In this document: positions 51,000 to 64,000 of the stretch, in pieces
Layout of the letters: every line of letters starts with the position of its first letter
Numbering within the stretch: position 1 is the stretch's first letter
NCBI GenBank assembly: GCA_002104905.1
Contig: MCFE01000507.1
Location: forward strand, 1,075-65,074
Length of the DNA stretch: 64,000 nt
Reading direction: 5' to 3'
Origin: Basidiobolus meristosporus CBS 931.73
Lineage: Eukaryota > Fungi > Basidiobolomycota
Notes under the pieces: generated by a model
The model's database searches: none
What the model was told of the DNA's origin: nothing
The model's input: only the letters and a program-made list of their open reading frames with translations
Program-made: the position numbers and the translations under genes

Positions 51000-51977
51000 C
51001 TAAATGTTGATACTGACTAGTCCTACTTTTGACCTAAGATATTCAAACTTGTCTCTAGATAATGGTTTGGTAGATATGTCTGCAATCATTTCATCTGTAA
51101 GACAGTAAACTACGCTCACTAAGTTATTCTCTATAGCTTCACGTATGAAATAATGTCTAATATCTATGTGCTTGGTTCTAGCATGAAAAGTGGGATTTCT
51201 ACCTAATTTTATACATCCTTGATTATCTTGAAATAAAGTAATAGGCATTTTTTGGCATAGGCCTAAATCTGTAAAAAGCTTTCTTAGCCACATTGCTTCT
51301 TTAGTAGCTTCACAGGCTGCCATATACTCTGCCTCTATGGTAGAAAGTGCTACGGTTGGTTGCTTTCTTGAGTTCCATGAAATTGCTCCTTGACAGTAAA
51401 GAGAGGTGTATCCTGAGGTGGATCTTCTGTCTTCTAAATCTTGTCCCCAATCAACATCAGAGTATTCCACAAGATCCTGTTCTGAATCCTTAAAAGTGTA
51501 TCTTAAGCAGATATCAGCAGTTCCTTTTGGATATCTGAAAATCCGCTTAACTGCTGCAATATGATCAGATCCATAGTTCTGATTATGTTGGCTGAAAACT
51601 CCTACTGAATATGAGACATCTGGACATGTTCCAAGCATAATATACATCAGACTTCCAACCATAGATTGATAAGAAAAGTCAGGGCTTTCAGATGGCACCA
51701 AGCTCTCTTGATTTGGTTGAGTTTTGACCAAGTTAAGGTTTGTTTCCATTGGGGTAGCTGCTGGTTCACAGCCTTGCATTTGGTACTTCTTTAGTATATC
51801 TTGAATATACTTGGATTGACCTAGGGTGATAGTCTGGGTACTTGTGTCTATGGAGAACTTAATCCCTAGGTAGTAACTGAGGTCTCCTAGACTGAACATC
51901 TTAAACTCCTTAGATAGGTTGGATTTAGCCTCTTCCAATGTTTCTAGGTTATTGGTGGCTATAATAAGATCATCCAC
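51000..51977 (-). pseudogene. pol: Copia RT C-terminus and RNase H
   Basis: Open 325 codons: (V)DDL..YSDVDW..KHIDIRHYF. Confidence 0.92.
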
Positions 51978-52074
51978 ATATAGAGCTAATAGAACTGGAT
52001 TTACTCTATCTGGCTTAGAGTATAGACTATAGTCAGCATTAATCTTTTGAAACTCAAAGATTCCAAATAAGAAT

Positions 52075-53290
52075 TGTTGTGTTGTATTATGATTAATTTG
52101 GGGCTTGTTCTACAATGTAGAGGCTAATCAACAATATACAACAACTTCCAGTATGCTAATACTGAATTAGTTTATTGGGAGTTTGATATACCAATAGAAG
52201 ATATAACTTTCACTAATTTCCTCAATCTTAGGCTCAAAATATACTGAAGGCAGTGTTTATCACTTCTATAGCAGTGTTCTGACCTTCTGTTGACTAATGG
52301 GCTTATTTACTCTTGTAGTAACTTTTCCTTATTTGGAAGTCACTTTCCTTTCAGAGAAAATATTTCCTAATATGGAAATTCTGAGCTCCCCTTCAACCTA
52401 AAGGGGTGTGTTGTAGAAGTCTCTAAAGGGGTCTTTAGACCTAAAGGGGTGTCTTTAGAGTAAAGGGGCTTCTTCTAGTGGTCTCTAAAGGGGTCTTTAC
52501 ACTAAAGGGGTGCCTAAAGGGGCTTCTTTAGAGTAAAGGGGTTTCTTAAAGGGGTCTTTAGACTAAAGGGGTGTCTAAAGGGGTGTCTTTAGAGTAAAGG
52601 GGTTTCTTAGAGGGGACTTTTCCGACAGAAAAGTGGTAGTTTCTTGTAGAACTTAGATTGGATTCTTGTGAGCTTTGCTGTCTCTTTACTGGTGTAGTAC
52701 TGATCAAAGTCAGAATACTCAACAGTGCAAGTGATGCAAGGGAAGTCTTATAACCTTTGAACTTGTAATTGTAGTGTGGAGATTCTGGAAAGAGAGGCTC
52801 TCTCTTTATTTTTCAGCTGGGGAAGTATATATGAAAATTTTGAAGGATCAAAGTTTTTGGGCGATTGCGCAAGCAATACACGTGATACAAAGCTAAAAGC
52901 TTGCAGTGGCGCAGATCGGACATAGGCGCAGCACCTGTGAAAATTGCACATGATTTGATTGGCTGGTTCAAAAGTTACACACAATCAAAGTCACCATAGT
53001 AATCCTAGCAATAAGGCATAGTATATATAATAGTTGGACTCTTTTGGTCATAACTCCTTAAGTAATGCTTCAAATGAGCTGCAATTTGAAACATGTGTTG
53101 GCTATTACCTGTTCTGTATGACATAATATTCTTGGTTGGATTGCTTGTCAGGGTCTGGAGCACTTGTTCATCAAAGTTGGAAATTCTTGATCTTTCACTT
53201 GTGTGTTACAATAGCAAAAAGCAAAATAAAGAAATGAGTGCAATATTGGTTTAGAGATATTGTAGTAATGGAATACTTTCCATTACCACA
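52075..53290. mobile_element. Solo-LTR-like element, 1216 bp, unassigned family
   Basis: TG..CA termini (tgttgtg..taccaca); 4-bp TSD gaat on both sides; removal restores copia RT (compare 63611-63647). Confidence 0.85.
52399..52615 (+). repeat. Array of TAAAGGGG motifs (12 copies plus one TAGAGGGG)
   Basis: Counted by eye; variable short spacers. Confidence 0.92.
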
Positions 53291-54101
53291 GAATCTCTCT
53301 TGCAATTCCAGGCTCTTGGTGATTGTTTGAGACCATATAGTGACTTTTTGTGCTTGCAGACCAAACAGGGGTTATCTTGGTGAACAAACCCATCAGGCTG
53401 GTCCAAATACACATCCTCATCAAGTTCTCCACTCCAAAACACAGTTTCTACATCCATTTGAAGAATAAAAAACTTATATTTGGCTGCAATTGTCAATATT
53501 AATCTGATGGAATTAAACTTGGCTACCAGTGCAAAGGTCTCAGTATTGTCAAGTCCTTTTGTTTGAGGGTATCCTTTGGCCACAAGTCTTGCTTCGCATC
53601 TTTCAACTGTACCATCAGCCTTGTATTTTGTCTTGAAGACCCATCTGTATCCATTTGATTTTTGGTAGATTGGTAACTTGACCAAGTCCCAAGTTTGATT
53701 TTCCATCAGGGCCTGATATTCCTCAGTAATTGCGGATCTCCAAAACTTTGTCTGCAGGCTATTTAGGGCCTCTCTTACAGTCTGGGTTCAGCAATATGGA
53801 CTGAATAGGCATAGGCTAAGTTTGTACCCTCGTTGATATAGTAATTTGGGCTACTTCTTGTCTGATTGGATCTCTAGGCATTTGATACTGGAATGATCAC
53901 TTCTGAGATATTCCTGGGCACTGATTCTGGCTTAACAATGATAGTAGAGCCCTCTGGAGTGAAAAAATTTTCATTGTTTTGCTCTGATTCAATCCTGACA
54001 ATTGGTGGATTTGAGATCAGATTTTTGTCATCATCTGATGTCATTTTTTGTGAAAATTTTGAATTTTCATCAAACAACACATCCCTGGACTTGATTAGCT
54101 T

Positions 54102-55097
54102 CTATGCTTTGGTATTGTAAAGTCTGTATGCTTTACACTCATTGCAGTAGCCCAAAAATATGCATTTTACACATTTTGGCTCAAATTTTGGCTGATTTCT
54201 GGGCAGTTCCTTAGCATATGCTGTACAACCAGATATTATTAGATGTTCTGCACTTGGTCTGTATCCATACCATGTTTCAAATGGAGTATAATCACAAAGT
54301 ATTCTGTTATAACTCCTATTTTTCAGGAATACAGCAGTGGCAACTGATTCTGCCCAAAAATCATAGGATAATTTTTGATCATGGATCATAGATCTTGCCT
54401 TATCAATTATTGCTCTGTTAGCATGTTCTGCTACTCCATTTTGCTGTGGGGAGTATGGTAGAGTAGTCTCTTGCTTTATCCCATGAATTTTACAGAAGTG
54501 GACGAAGAGTTTTGAGGTGCATGCTCCACCATTGTCAGAGCGAATTTTGTTGATTTTTTCACCAGTTCCTCTCTCAACCATGGCTTTAAGCACCCTGAAC
54601 TTAGACAGAGCTTCTTCCTTTCTCTCCATGAAGTAGACCCATGTGCATCTTGTATAGTCATCAATAAAAGAGATTATGTACTTCAGCCAGCCCAAGGATA
54701 AATTTGGTATAGGTCCACACAGATCTGATTGAATTAGATCTAATTTTTTCTTAGTTTTGATCAACCCAGAGCTCTTGAACAATTGCCTGGCTTGATTCCC
54801 ATATATGCAGGCTTCACAGTGCTCCAAATTAGCTGGGGGATCAGTTTTTACTCCAGAAATTAGCTGATCTTTGATCATTTTGCGCAAATAATCAAAATTG
54901 ATGTGCCTAAATCTCCTGTGCCAAAGCATTGGTGTTTCTTCATTTAAGTTACTGATATTGGCTTCCAAATATGATGGGATATAAGTCAACTTGTATAGAT
55001 TCTGATATCTGATACCCAAAGCAATATGGGCACCATTTTGATCAGTGATCTTGCATCCGGAATTGTCAGAGATGAAACTAAGTCCTTCTGCAGTGTC
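54102..55097 (-). pseudogene. pol: Copia pre-integrase and integrase
   Basis: LWHRRFRHIN, HCEAC, DLIQSDLCGP, IDDYTR, RSDNGG, PQQNGVAEHANR. Confidence 0.92.
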
Positions 55098-55410
55098 TCC
55101 TATGAAAAAATATTGAGATGATCCCATCAAAAGGCTGTCTCAAAGTTGATGTCCCATGACTAAGAGGTACTGATCTTGTCAGGACACCATCCAGAGACTG
55201 TTGAAAAATAATTGCACCCCAGATTTCACAAAAAACTTTGTCAAAATATTTCATCACAACAATGTATAAGTAGCTTTTGATTGGTTCCCTGCCAATTTGC
55301 TCACTTTCTGATCCCAGACACTTCATTGCCTCCTACATTTGTGTGAATTGATTGGCTATTGCATCTTTTTCACACTCCTTACTTCCTGACTCAACCGTTT
55401 CTCTTACTTT

Positions 55411-57485
55411 TCATGCGTACAAATTGATATATTTCCATTGAAACTTCAGTTGCACCTCAATTGCCAATTGTTTTGACCTATACAAGTCTCTATACCCTAC
55501 ACTAACGGTAAGCCCAACCCCACACTCAACAAGTAACTCCATTAAAATCCACCACTCAATAAGCATTTCTGCTGTAATGCTCTGGTTCCACAACTTTAGC
55601 AGGAACCCAAAGGCTTTATGCCATTGTTCATTCACTGGTTCCCACACATCCTGGTCTTCAGCCAGCACTGCAAGGCCTAGCTCTTCATCTGCTAATCTTT
55701 GCAATAAATCCTTGCAATATTCCAGTGCATTTTCTTGAGCACTGCTCTTGAAGAAGTGCAGCAACCTCTTGGTGTGCCTATTAATGTTCCAAAGCTCCAC
55801 TGAAGGCATTGTGATAGTCTTTCAAGCTCTTGACATTGCAGCCTTGTCTGTCTGTGGGATCTCCCCTCTGTCAACAATGGAGGCTGTGGTAGACAAATTG
55901 CCTTTTTCAGCAAACTTATCTACCTTGCTTGAATGTAGATCAACTGGCTGTGCTTCCAACTCTTATGAAACCGTTGTTTTCTTGTTAGTAATTCTTCTTG
56001 GCTATGATGGGAATCAGTCTGTTCCTGGCTTGCAGCGTTAATTGACAAGAACTGCAGTTTTTTTTGCATGCCTCCCTGTCTCAGGCTTGGGAAGACATTC
56101 TTCCCTTTGCCTTTTCCTTTATCACTGCCAGGTCTTTCACTGCTACTTTGTCTGAGTGCTTCTTGTAAAACTATTTTTTCTCCTGGATAAATTCTGCTGT
56201 GACACATCTGTTTTGGCCTGTTTGTCCCTTGCTGGCACTCCTCTGGCAACCAGACATTTTTTTCAGCTTGTTTTGAGCTCTCAACTGTAGCTGTGATGGG
56301 CTCCTATAAAAGCAGCTGGTTTTTATCACTGCCAGGTCCTTCACTGCTACTTTGACTGGGTGTTTCTTGAGTGGTACTATGCTTTTTCCTTGATAAATGT
56401 TGTGCTGGTGCATCTATTTCTGCCTGATTGTCTTTAATTGGCACTCTTCCGGCTGCCTGACATCTCTTTGACGCTTATCTTGAGCTTTTGGCCAGGCTTG
56501 TAATGGGCTCTTGAGGAAGATGCTGGTTTTTAGCCATGGCACCCTTGTTCTTCTGCCTTTGATAGTTTCTGCTATTCTTAAGATACTTTCTTATCATATC
56601 AATGCTGACCCAAAATCTGTTTGCCCATATGAATCCAAGATAATGCTCATGGAACAAGTCAAGTGCATTCTGCTTGGCCTTGAGTTCCTGATGGTCCCAT
56701 GGTATGTCAGCCTTAAGGTGATGGTGTGCTAGACTTCTGACGGCCTCTTATATATTAGCCCACTCTTCATTATTGCACTCAACAGCTTCACACATCTTCA
56801 ATGTCTTTTGATTTTTATGCTTTGGTATAAACACCACATTGTCTCCCTCACACACTGTGATAGGTTTTTCTGCGGGCTTTATCTGTTGGCACTGTTGTTG
56901 TGCTTCAAAGACTGCACAGTGTTCCTCTGCTGTTACATTGGGATATGGCTCAATTCTTGGCTGTGACATTGAGCTACTTGAGTTCCTTCTTTGCTGCAAA
57001 GATACTGCTTTCTCTATCTGGGATATTGATTGCTCTACACCTATTATCCACTCATCCTGCTTCTAGACTACTTCCTGATTTCTCTGGGCCATTGCATCTA
57101 TCCTATCAGCCACTGCACCTAATTGCTTCATTAATGCTTTGGTATGAGCTGATAACATACCTGATAATATAGGTGGTGGCGGTGTTATCATGGTCACTTG
57201 CTGATCTTCAACTGAGGGTACTGTGTTTGCCACATTCTCATCTGCCTAAGCATAGTGGTCAGCTTGTGGCTCCACAGAGGTTCTCAATTGCCTACTTGAC
57301 TGAGAGCCTGAGGAGTCTGCATTATTACTTTCAATGGGCACACTGTCCACAGGGCCTTTTTTGGAAGTAGTCCTGCTTGTTGCACTGAATGTCAAAGCAA
57401 GCTGTTGTCCAACTGTTCTTCTGTTGCCATCAGTGGTGGGGTTTGGTTGAGAACCAGACAACTTTGCTTTATTTTTTGGCGGCAT
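55411..57485 (-). pseudogene. CACTA-like accessory ORF B, disrupted, function unknown
   Basis: Chain of minus-strand ORF pieces (MPPKNK.. to ..INLYA) conserved in copy 1 at ~33600-35687; in-frame internal repeat. Introns possible. Confidence 0.6.
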
Positions 57486-57707
57486 ATATATGGAAGTGAG
57501 TCAAACCAAAGGAGATATAGTGCTACATATATGTGTGTATGTGGTGCCACAACTTTATTTATAATGCTTACTATGGCGGGTCATCATTGAATTTTACATT
57601 AATGTAGGTGCAATGTCTCAAATACAAGACTGTCTTAAGTTCACATGAGTATTGACCAAAAAGTGATATAATAGCATTATATTGTTGAAGGTCAAACTGT
57701 TTGCCCC

Positions 57708-60400
57708 ATGGACAAGACTACTTTGACTCAATGCCATAAGAGAAGAGAAAAAAGACCATGTGGCTATTGTGGCAAGCCTCTCAGCCATGAAGCACTCAGA
57801 CAGCATAGGAAGTATTACAAGGATCATGGCCAGTGTTTTGCCACCCATGTCATATTTGACCATTCATTGGTCACTACTGTACCAATATTATCTTGCTGGC
57901 CAGTTGATACTTCTACATGGGCACCTGGCCATCTTTGTCACCTTGTGCAAACTGAGTCAGGTGAGTTTGTGATGCCTTTAGGCTCACCTCAGCCTTCTGA
58001 ATATGGCTTGCAGAGTGATAGCTCTGATAAAGAAGGTTCACTGATGGATTTTGAGCCTATCTCCCCTAACAACAGTACCACATATGAGCCTGGTCAAATC
58101 CCTATATACAATGAGACAATACCTGTTGAAACAAATGCCAAGGATATTTTATGGAGCCAAGTGAGCCCAGTAAACCATCTACTGGTGAATGATGTAATGT
58201 TGTGGCTAGAGAAGTGGCATGTTTCCACTAATCTCAGTAATGGGGGCTTTGAGGGTTTATTACTAATTCTTGCTAAAATCATACCGGGATGCAACTTACT
58301 ATTTACATGGTACAAGTGGACAACCGTCATGTGGCTGGCAACATATGATCCAGAGACTTTCCTGATTCCAGCATGTGTTAACAATAGCATGGCATTCACA
58401 TCCAAAAATGCTATCATTGCAATGTGTCCAAATTGTCAGGAATCCATCACTATTGAGGGAAAGCATTGTTGACACTCCAGATATATTCTGGTCATACCCT
58501 GTCTGAGGAAGCTGATGCAGTCCATCAAATATTGCAAAGCTATACAACACCGCACTCAGAATCAATCAAGCGCAAACATATCCAATATATTCAATGGCAA
58601 ACGTTACAAAGAGCTAAGAAGCAAGGGCTACTTTGAAGGTATGTATAGCTGTGCCTTTGCTTTAGCACTTAATGGATTCTCATTAAACAAGTACTCCACT
58701 AGCAAATCCTGCTGGCCACCAATTTGCATCAATCTGAATCTGCCGCCCATCTTACAGTATCAGAGCAATAATCTGATGGTAGTCTCACTGGTATCTGGGC
58801 CTAAATCACCGTCCAACCTGTATAACTACCTAAATCCAATGCTGGATGAATTTTGTATGCTTTCCAGCAGGATAACGGTAAATAGCCATCATGTAAAAGC
58901 GCATACTATTATATGCATTGGAGATACCCCAGCCATCAGCAAGATAGCAGGTTTTTCTGGGCACAATGGATGGTATTGCTGTCAAATGTGTGAGATCCAG
59001 GGGATTTACTCCATAACTCACACACATTATCATTACCCAAACACCAGCACTAAGAACATCATCTTTGCACAGAGGGAACATACAGAAGTAAGCATGTAAT
59101 TGCAGCAAAGTTGCCAAGCTATAAGCCATTGGCCAGAATATAGCATCAATTGTAAACCAGAGATACTTAAGATAGAGGGTATCTGTTGGAGTAAATGCTT
59201 TCCACTGGGAGCAATGCATTTGCTTTTCAACAATATCCCTATACTGATGACCAAGTTATACATGGGGCAGTCCAAGTTAAATGAGCCCTGTGAGATACCA
59301 GAGAAATTTGAAAAGATTGGCAAGATATTACAGAGTATCTGCTACCCTAAGCACTTCTCATGGGCTCCAATTAATATTCATACGCATATGTGACAATACA
59401 AATGCAAAGAATGGATGAACTGGATACGTATTTATTCAAGTGGTGTTATGAAGCCATTCCTACCAAGTGTACATTGGAAGCATTGGGAGTCATATGTGGA
59501 CATTGTAGGAATATTTATCCAGAAGCGGATCACCAATGCCAAATTGACATATCTACAGCTGTTGTGTGAGGAGTTTGTGACAGGATTTGAGCAGCTACAC
59601 TACAAACATAAAGCTGAACGCGTAGATCTCTGCCACTACTGTATCCATTCTCTACTCCATCTTGCACAGTTTGTAGAGATATCAGGCCTTGCTTCACCTT
59701 TTGAGAGTTTCCTATGGAGCAGATGCGTGGGGAGATAGGCAGACAAGTCAAGTTGCAGGTACCACCATATCCCAATCTCATCAAGAATATTACCTTCAAG
59801 TCTGTCATGGATATGATGAGTTGGCACATGGAGGACAGCCAGATAGAGTTGGAAAATACTGAGGACATATGTGCACATGGAGACATCTATGCCTCTGGCA
59901 TTAAGAAGCTAAGCAGCCCCAATGCATGGGTAATCAGTTAAGTAATCCAATGTTGGGTTGGGTGCAACAAGCAACTAATCTTTATGAGGAAAACTCCACC
60001 AAGATATGCCGGATTTCTTGTGGTCACAAGCCAACTTCTACACCATTTGATACAGAATTTACATAAACAAAAGCCAGAGCGCACCTATAAGGGGGACTAG
60101 AATCCAGCGGGGTGAAGGAATATATTGGCTAAATACCAAGAAGTTCTTTGCCAATATTCAGGAGGTATTCATGGCAGAAGTGGCAACAACCAAGCATATG
60201 TTTGCTAGATGTATATGCTACCAGCAGTACACGGTATATGGCAACTTTGCAAGTATCACACTAAAAAGCCGTAAATTGAGGTGATAGAAGTATGTCAATT
60301 GCGGCAGGTTTGCGTGTTTGTAGAGGTTGGTAAGCAGGAGGACATAGTTCTTTTTTATTCAAGCTATATGCGGAATACCCAAGGTAGTATTGGGTAAGCA
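57708..60400 (+). pseudogene. CACTA/EnSpm-type transposase, disrupted
   Basis: CVNNSMAF..CPNC, ISNIFNG, WPPICINLNLPP..SGPKSP..NPMLDEF, GDTPA..GFSGHNG..CCQMC, AMHLLF, IHSLLHL..MEQMRG. Confidence 0.85.
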
Positions 60401-60505
60401 AATAAAGAAAGGTGATTCTACAGTGGAATATATGAATTGCACAAGGGGAGGTAGAAAAAGGAAATACCATTTGGTAAATTGGTACAGTAGCATTATACAG
60501 AACCA

Positions 60506-60931
60506 GCAGTGTGGTGGTGTACAGGTCCAAGGGAGAGATACATCCAACACTTCTCAAGTGTTTTGTGTGTGGGGTGTTCACGGGGTGCAATAACCTCTGA
60601 CAAAAGCTTGCTAGGAATACTTGGGTTCTGTCTCTAATCTAATGTGAAGGGAAATAAAGCCACAAGCTTGTCAAGGGAAAACTATTGAGCTACAATCCCT
60701 AACTTAGTTGGTGTCTTAACAAATGTATGTGCTGGGTTCAGCATCCTTTGAGATGACAATGTACTAAAGCTTCCAAAGTCAAAACAACTGTAAACTCCAC
60801 CAGCAGGGACTTGATAAGAATGCAGCTGTGGTCAGTAGTTACAAAGACAGAAAAGTATCTTTGCCTGTACAAGAACAAACTTGGGAAATAATCACATATA
60901 ATAAAAGATACCTACTCTGAGTATTCCTCAC
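60506..60931. repeat. Unassigned repeat X, second copy
   Basis: Inverted match to 48673-49096; cut by a copia LTR at 60932. Confidence 0.8.
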
Positions 60932-62206
60932 TGTTGTAAAAATTTGTATTTCCACCTAAATATTCACCTAACTTAGTCACTTATATCATTACCTTCAAAT
61001 CCTAGAAAATACTGACCAAATTCCTTGTTGGGATTTACTTAGAATATTTTCACCAAAATACCAGGTACCCAGAACATGAAAATTCTCAAAGTTGTCCAAA
61101 CAGCCCCAAACTTTGCACACATGTTCCTGGGATCTTCCTTAACCTACTCTATGTGTTTGTTATGCCAAGACCAGGTAAAAGTATAAATACCACTTTTACA
61201 TTCAATAAATCATTAAGTGAAAACCACATAATCTACTTGCTCTCCCAATCACTTCCAATATCTCCAAGACTCTTACAACAGGTTATGAGCCCCAAGCTGT
61301 CACTCTCTGCAATGTCTACTACTGCTATTACTGGAATTTTTCCCTCTGCTGAAAAGTTGGATGGCTCTAACTACCAAGTGTGGAAGGTGAAGATGAAGAT
61401 GCTGCTACAAGAAAGAGGCCTTTGGGATATTGTCATGGGAGAAAAATGCCCTCCTAAAAACGTGAGAGAGGAAGCCTTAAAGTACCAGAAGAAAGAACAA
61501 AGTGCCTTTAACTGCATTTGCCTTAATGTCAAGGACAAATTGCTAATTCAATGCTCAAGCGCAAAAACGGCAAAGAATGCCTGGAAAGCACTAGAAGACA
61601 CCTACCAGTCATGTTCAGCTGCCAAGAAAATGTATCTGAGACAAAAATTCTTTACTACAAAGATGCTGCCAGGAGAAGAAATGAAAAATCTAATTAACAG
61701 AATTACCCTGCTGGTAGATGAGATGGAATCTGTGGGCGTACCAACTACTGATGAGGATGTGATAGTTACCATCCTGAATAGCCTGACAGACAAGTTTCAG
61801 GGCCTTGTATCAGCCCTAGAGTCCAGAACTGAAGATTTGACCTTAAATTACGTATATGGAAGGCTCCTGGATGAAGAATTAAGAAAATCAAGCGCCAATA
61901 AGAAGGAAGAAGAAAATGCTTTAATAAGCAATGATAACCAACAAAGAAGGTACCCAAGACCCTACAAAGGCAACAGCAACCTATTTTGCAACTACTGCAA
62001 AAGGAAAGGACACACTTCAGACCGGTGTTTCAAAAAGAGAGATTATCAGCAAAAGAAGCCTGAATATGGAAATGCTGCAACAACTGAAGATAGACTATTC
62101 ATATCTGCACTAAATATGACCACAAACAAGGATTCTCAGACGTGGTATATTGACTCTGGAGCTTCTGAATACTTTACACACCAAAAAGAACTTTTTACCC
62201 AATATC
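60932..62206 (+). mobile_element. Well-preserved copia 5' part (LTR 60932-61280, PBS 61281-61292, gag-PR)
   Basis: 349-bp LTR with perfect termini; open gag; interrupted by an oppositely oriented copia. Confidence 0.95.
61285..62206 (+). CDS. gag: Copia Gag plus start of protease, open until the nested insertion
   Basis: No stops; CNYCKRKGHTSDRC knuckle and WYIDSGAS motif. Confidence 0.88.
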
Positions 62207-64000
62207 TGTTGTAAGAGTCTTGGAGATATTGGAAGTGATTTGGAGAACAAGTAGATTATGTGGTTTTCACTTAATGATTTATTGAATGTAAAAGTAGTAT
62301 TTATACTTTTACATGGTCTTGGCATTACAAACACGTAGAATAGGTTAAGGAAGGTCCCAAGAACATGTGTGCAAAGTTTGGGGCTGTTTGGACAACTTTG
62401 AGAATTTTCATGTTCTGGGTAAATATTCTAAGTAAATCCCGACAAGGAATTTGGTCAGTATTCTCTAGGATTTGAAGGTGATGATCTAAGTGACTAAGTT
62501 AGGTGAATATTTAGGTGGAAATACAAATTTTTACAACACTCCCACTCAGCTAAATGTTCATACTGACTAGTCCTAATTTTGACCTAATATATTCAAACTT
62601 GTCTCTAGCTAATGGTTTGGTAAATATGTCTGCAATCATTTCATCTGTAGGACAGTAAACTAAGCTAACTAAGTTATTCTCTATAGCTTCACGTATGAAA
62701 TGATGTCTAATATCTATGTGCTTGGTTCTAGCATGAAAAGTTGGATTTCTACCTAATTGTATACATCCTTGATTATCTTGAAATAAAGTAATAGGCGTTT
62801 TTTGACATAGGCCTAAATCTGTAAAGAGCTTTCTTAACCACATTGCTTCTTTTGTAGCTTCACAGGCTGCCATATACTCTGCCTCTGTGGTGGAAAGTGC
62901 TACGGTTGGTTGCTTTCTTGAATTCCATGAAATGGCTCCTTTACAGTAAAGAAAGGTGTATCCTGTGGTAGATCTTCTGTCTTCCAAATTTCGTCCCCAA
63001 TCAGCATCAGAGTATCCCACAAGATCCTGTTCTGAATCCTTATAAGTGTACCTTAAGCAGATATCAGCAGTTCCTTTTAGGTATCTAAAAATCCGCTTAA
63101 CTGCTGCAATATGATCAGATCCATAATTCTGATTATGTTGGCTGACTACTCCCACTGAATATGAGATATCTGGACGTGTTCCAAGCATGATATACATCAG
63201 ACTGCCGGCCATAGATTGATAAGGAAAGTCAGGGCTTTCAGATGGCACCAAGCTCTCTTGATTTGGTTGAGTTTTGACCAAGTTAAGGTTTGTCTCCATT
63301 GGGGTAGCTGCCGGTTTACAGTCTTCCATTTTGTACTTCTTTAGTATATCTTGAATATACTTGGATTGACTTAGGGTAATAGTCTGGGTACTTCTGTCTA
63401 TGGAGAACTTAATCCCTAAGTAGTAACTAAGTTCTCCTAGATTGGACATCTTGAACTCCTTAGATAGGCTGGATTTAGTCTCTTCCAATGTTTCTAGGTT
63501 ATTGGCGGCTATAATAAGATCATCCACATATAGAGCTAATAGAACTGGATTTGCTCTATCTGGCTTATAGTATATACTATAGTCAGCATTACTACCTTTT
63601 GAAACTCAAAGATTCCAAATAAGAATCTATCTTGCAATTCCAGGCTCTCGGTGATTGTTTGAGACCATATATTGACTTTTTAAGCTTGCAGACCAAATGG
63701 GGGTTATCTTGGTCAACAAACCCATCAGGCTGGTCCATATACACGTCCCCATCAAGTTCTCCATTCAAAAATGCAGTTTTTACATCCATTTGATGAATAA
63801 AAAACTTATATTTGGCTGCAATAGCCAATATTAATCTGATGGAATTAAACTTGGCTACCGGTGCAAAGGTCTCAGTATAGTCAAGTCCTTTTGTTTGAGA
63901 GTATCCTTTGGCTACAAGTCTTGCTTTGTATCTTTCAATTGTACCATCAGCCTTGTATTTTGTCTTGAAGACCCATCTGCATCCAATTGATTTTCGGTTG
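62207..64000 (-). mobile_element. Copia 3' part (LTR 62207-62538, PPT, RNase H, RT), runs off the window
   Basis: 332-bp LTR (~17-bp deletion); RNase H ORF 62550-63527; RT ORF 63592-63828 with a frame break between them. Confidence 0.95.

Larger units (their letters stand above)
45655..55097 (-). mobile_element. Copia element, 5'-truncated, with nested insertions
   Basis: 3' LTR split (45655-45757 and 50740-50988); RNase H 51000-51977; RT split by a solo LTR; integrase 54102-55097. Confidence 0.92.
55098..60500 (+). mobile_element. CACTA/EnSpm-like element copy 2; right terminus not found
   Basis: Starts (t)cctatgaaaaa at the same point as copy 1; Transposase_21-type motifs on +, second ORF on -. 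Confidence 0.85.

Noticed and set aside
52399-52615. Interstitial telomere or CRISPR-like array
   Set aside because: Units are not a strict tandem telomeric repeat, spacers are short and related to each other, and the array lies inside a TSD-flanked element in a eukaryotic context.
1-64000. Numerous 60-150 aa ORFs in the track as host genes
   Set aside because: They are antisense or off-frame shadows of transposon sequence or LTR readings; none shows a host-gene motif.
1-64000. Classical ascomycete RIP (CpA to TpA)
   Set aside because: The copy comparisons I made are dominated by CpG changes; a formal context analysis is still needed.

Overview
Eukaryotic, probably fungal, transposon nest. 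I find no host gene, rRNA, tRNA or CRISPR array in the 64 kb. At least six families are nested, several reciprocally. (1) A Ty1/copia family with ~349-bp LTRs and a half-tRNA(iMet) primer site, present as full, truncated and solo-LTR copies. (2) A compact ~4.9-kb Ty3/gypsy family A with ~369-bp LTRs (4 copies). (3) A second gypsy family B (1 truncated copy). (4) A 3.4-kb PIF/Harbinger-superfamily (PHIS, DDE_Tnp_4) DNA transposon, called H here. It has AGACTTGTTCC termini, mostly AAT/ATT flanks and a divergently transcribed accessory ORF I cannot assign; one full-length copy and about 8 partial copies. (5) A CACTA/EnSpm-like (Transposase_21) element with a CCCTA terminus and a divergent second ORF (2 large copies plus fragments). 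(6) Unassigned LTR-like repeats, including a 1.2-kb solo LTR with an array of 13 AGGGG motifs. Almost all ORFs are decayed; in the H copies I compared, CpG to TpG/CpA change is prominent. The most notable signals are: a copia gag split at a duplicated AAT with both halves joined to H left ends in opposite orientation; a ~700-bp palindromic H end whose loop orientation relative to the TIR differs between copies; and a CpG-free intact transposase next to a CpG-rich accessory ORF in one element. Coordinates and counts were read by hand. Family assignments come from recalled motifs, not database searches.
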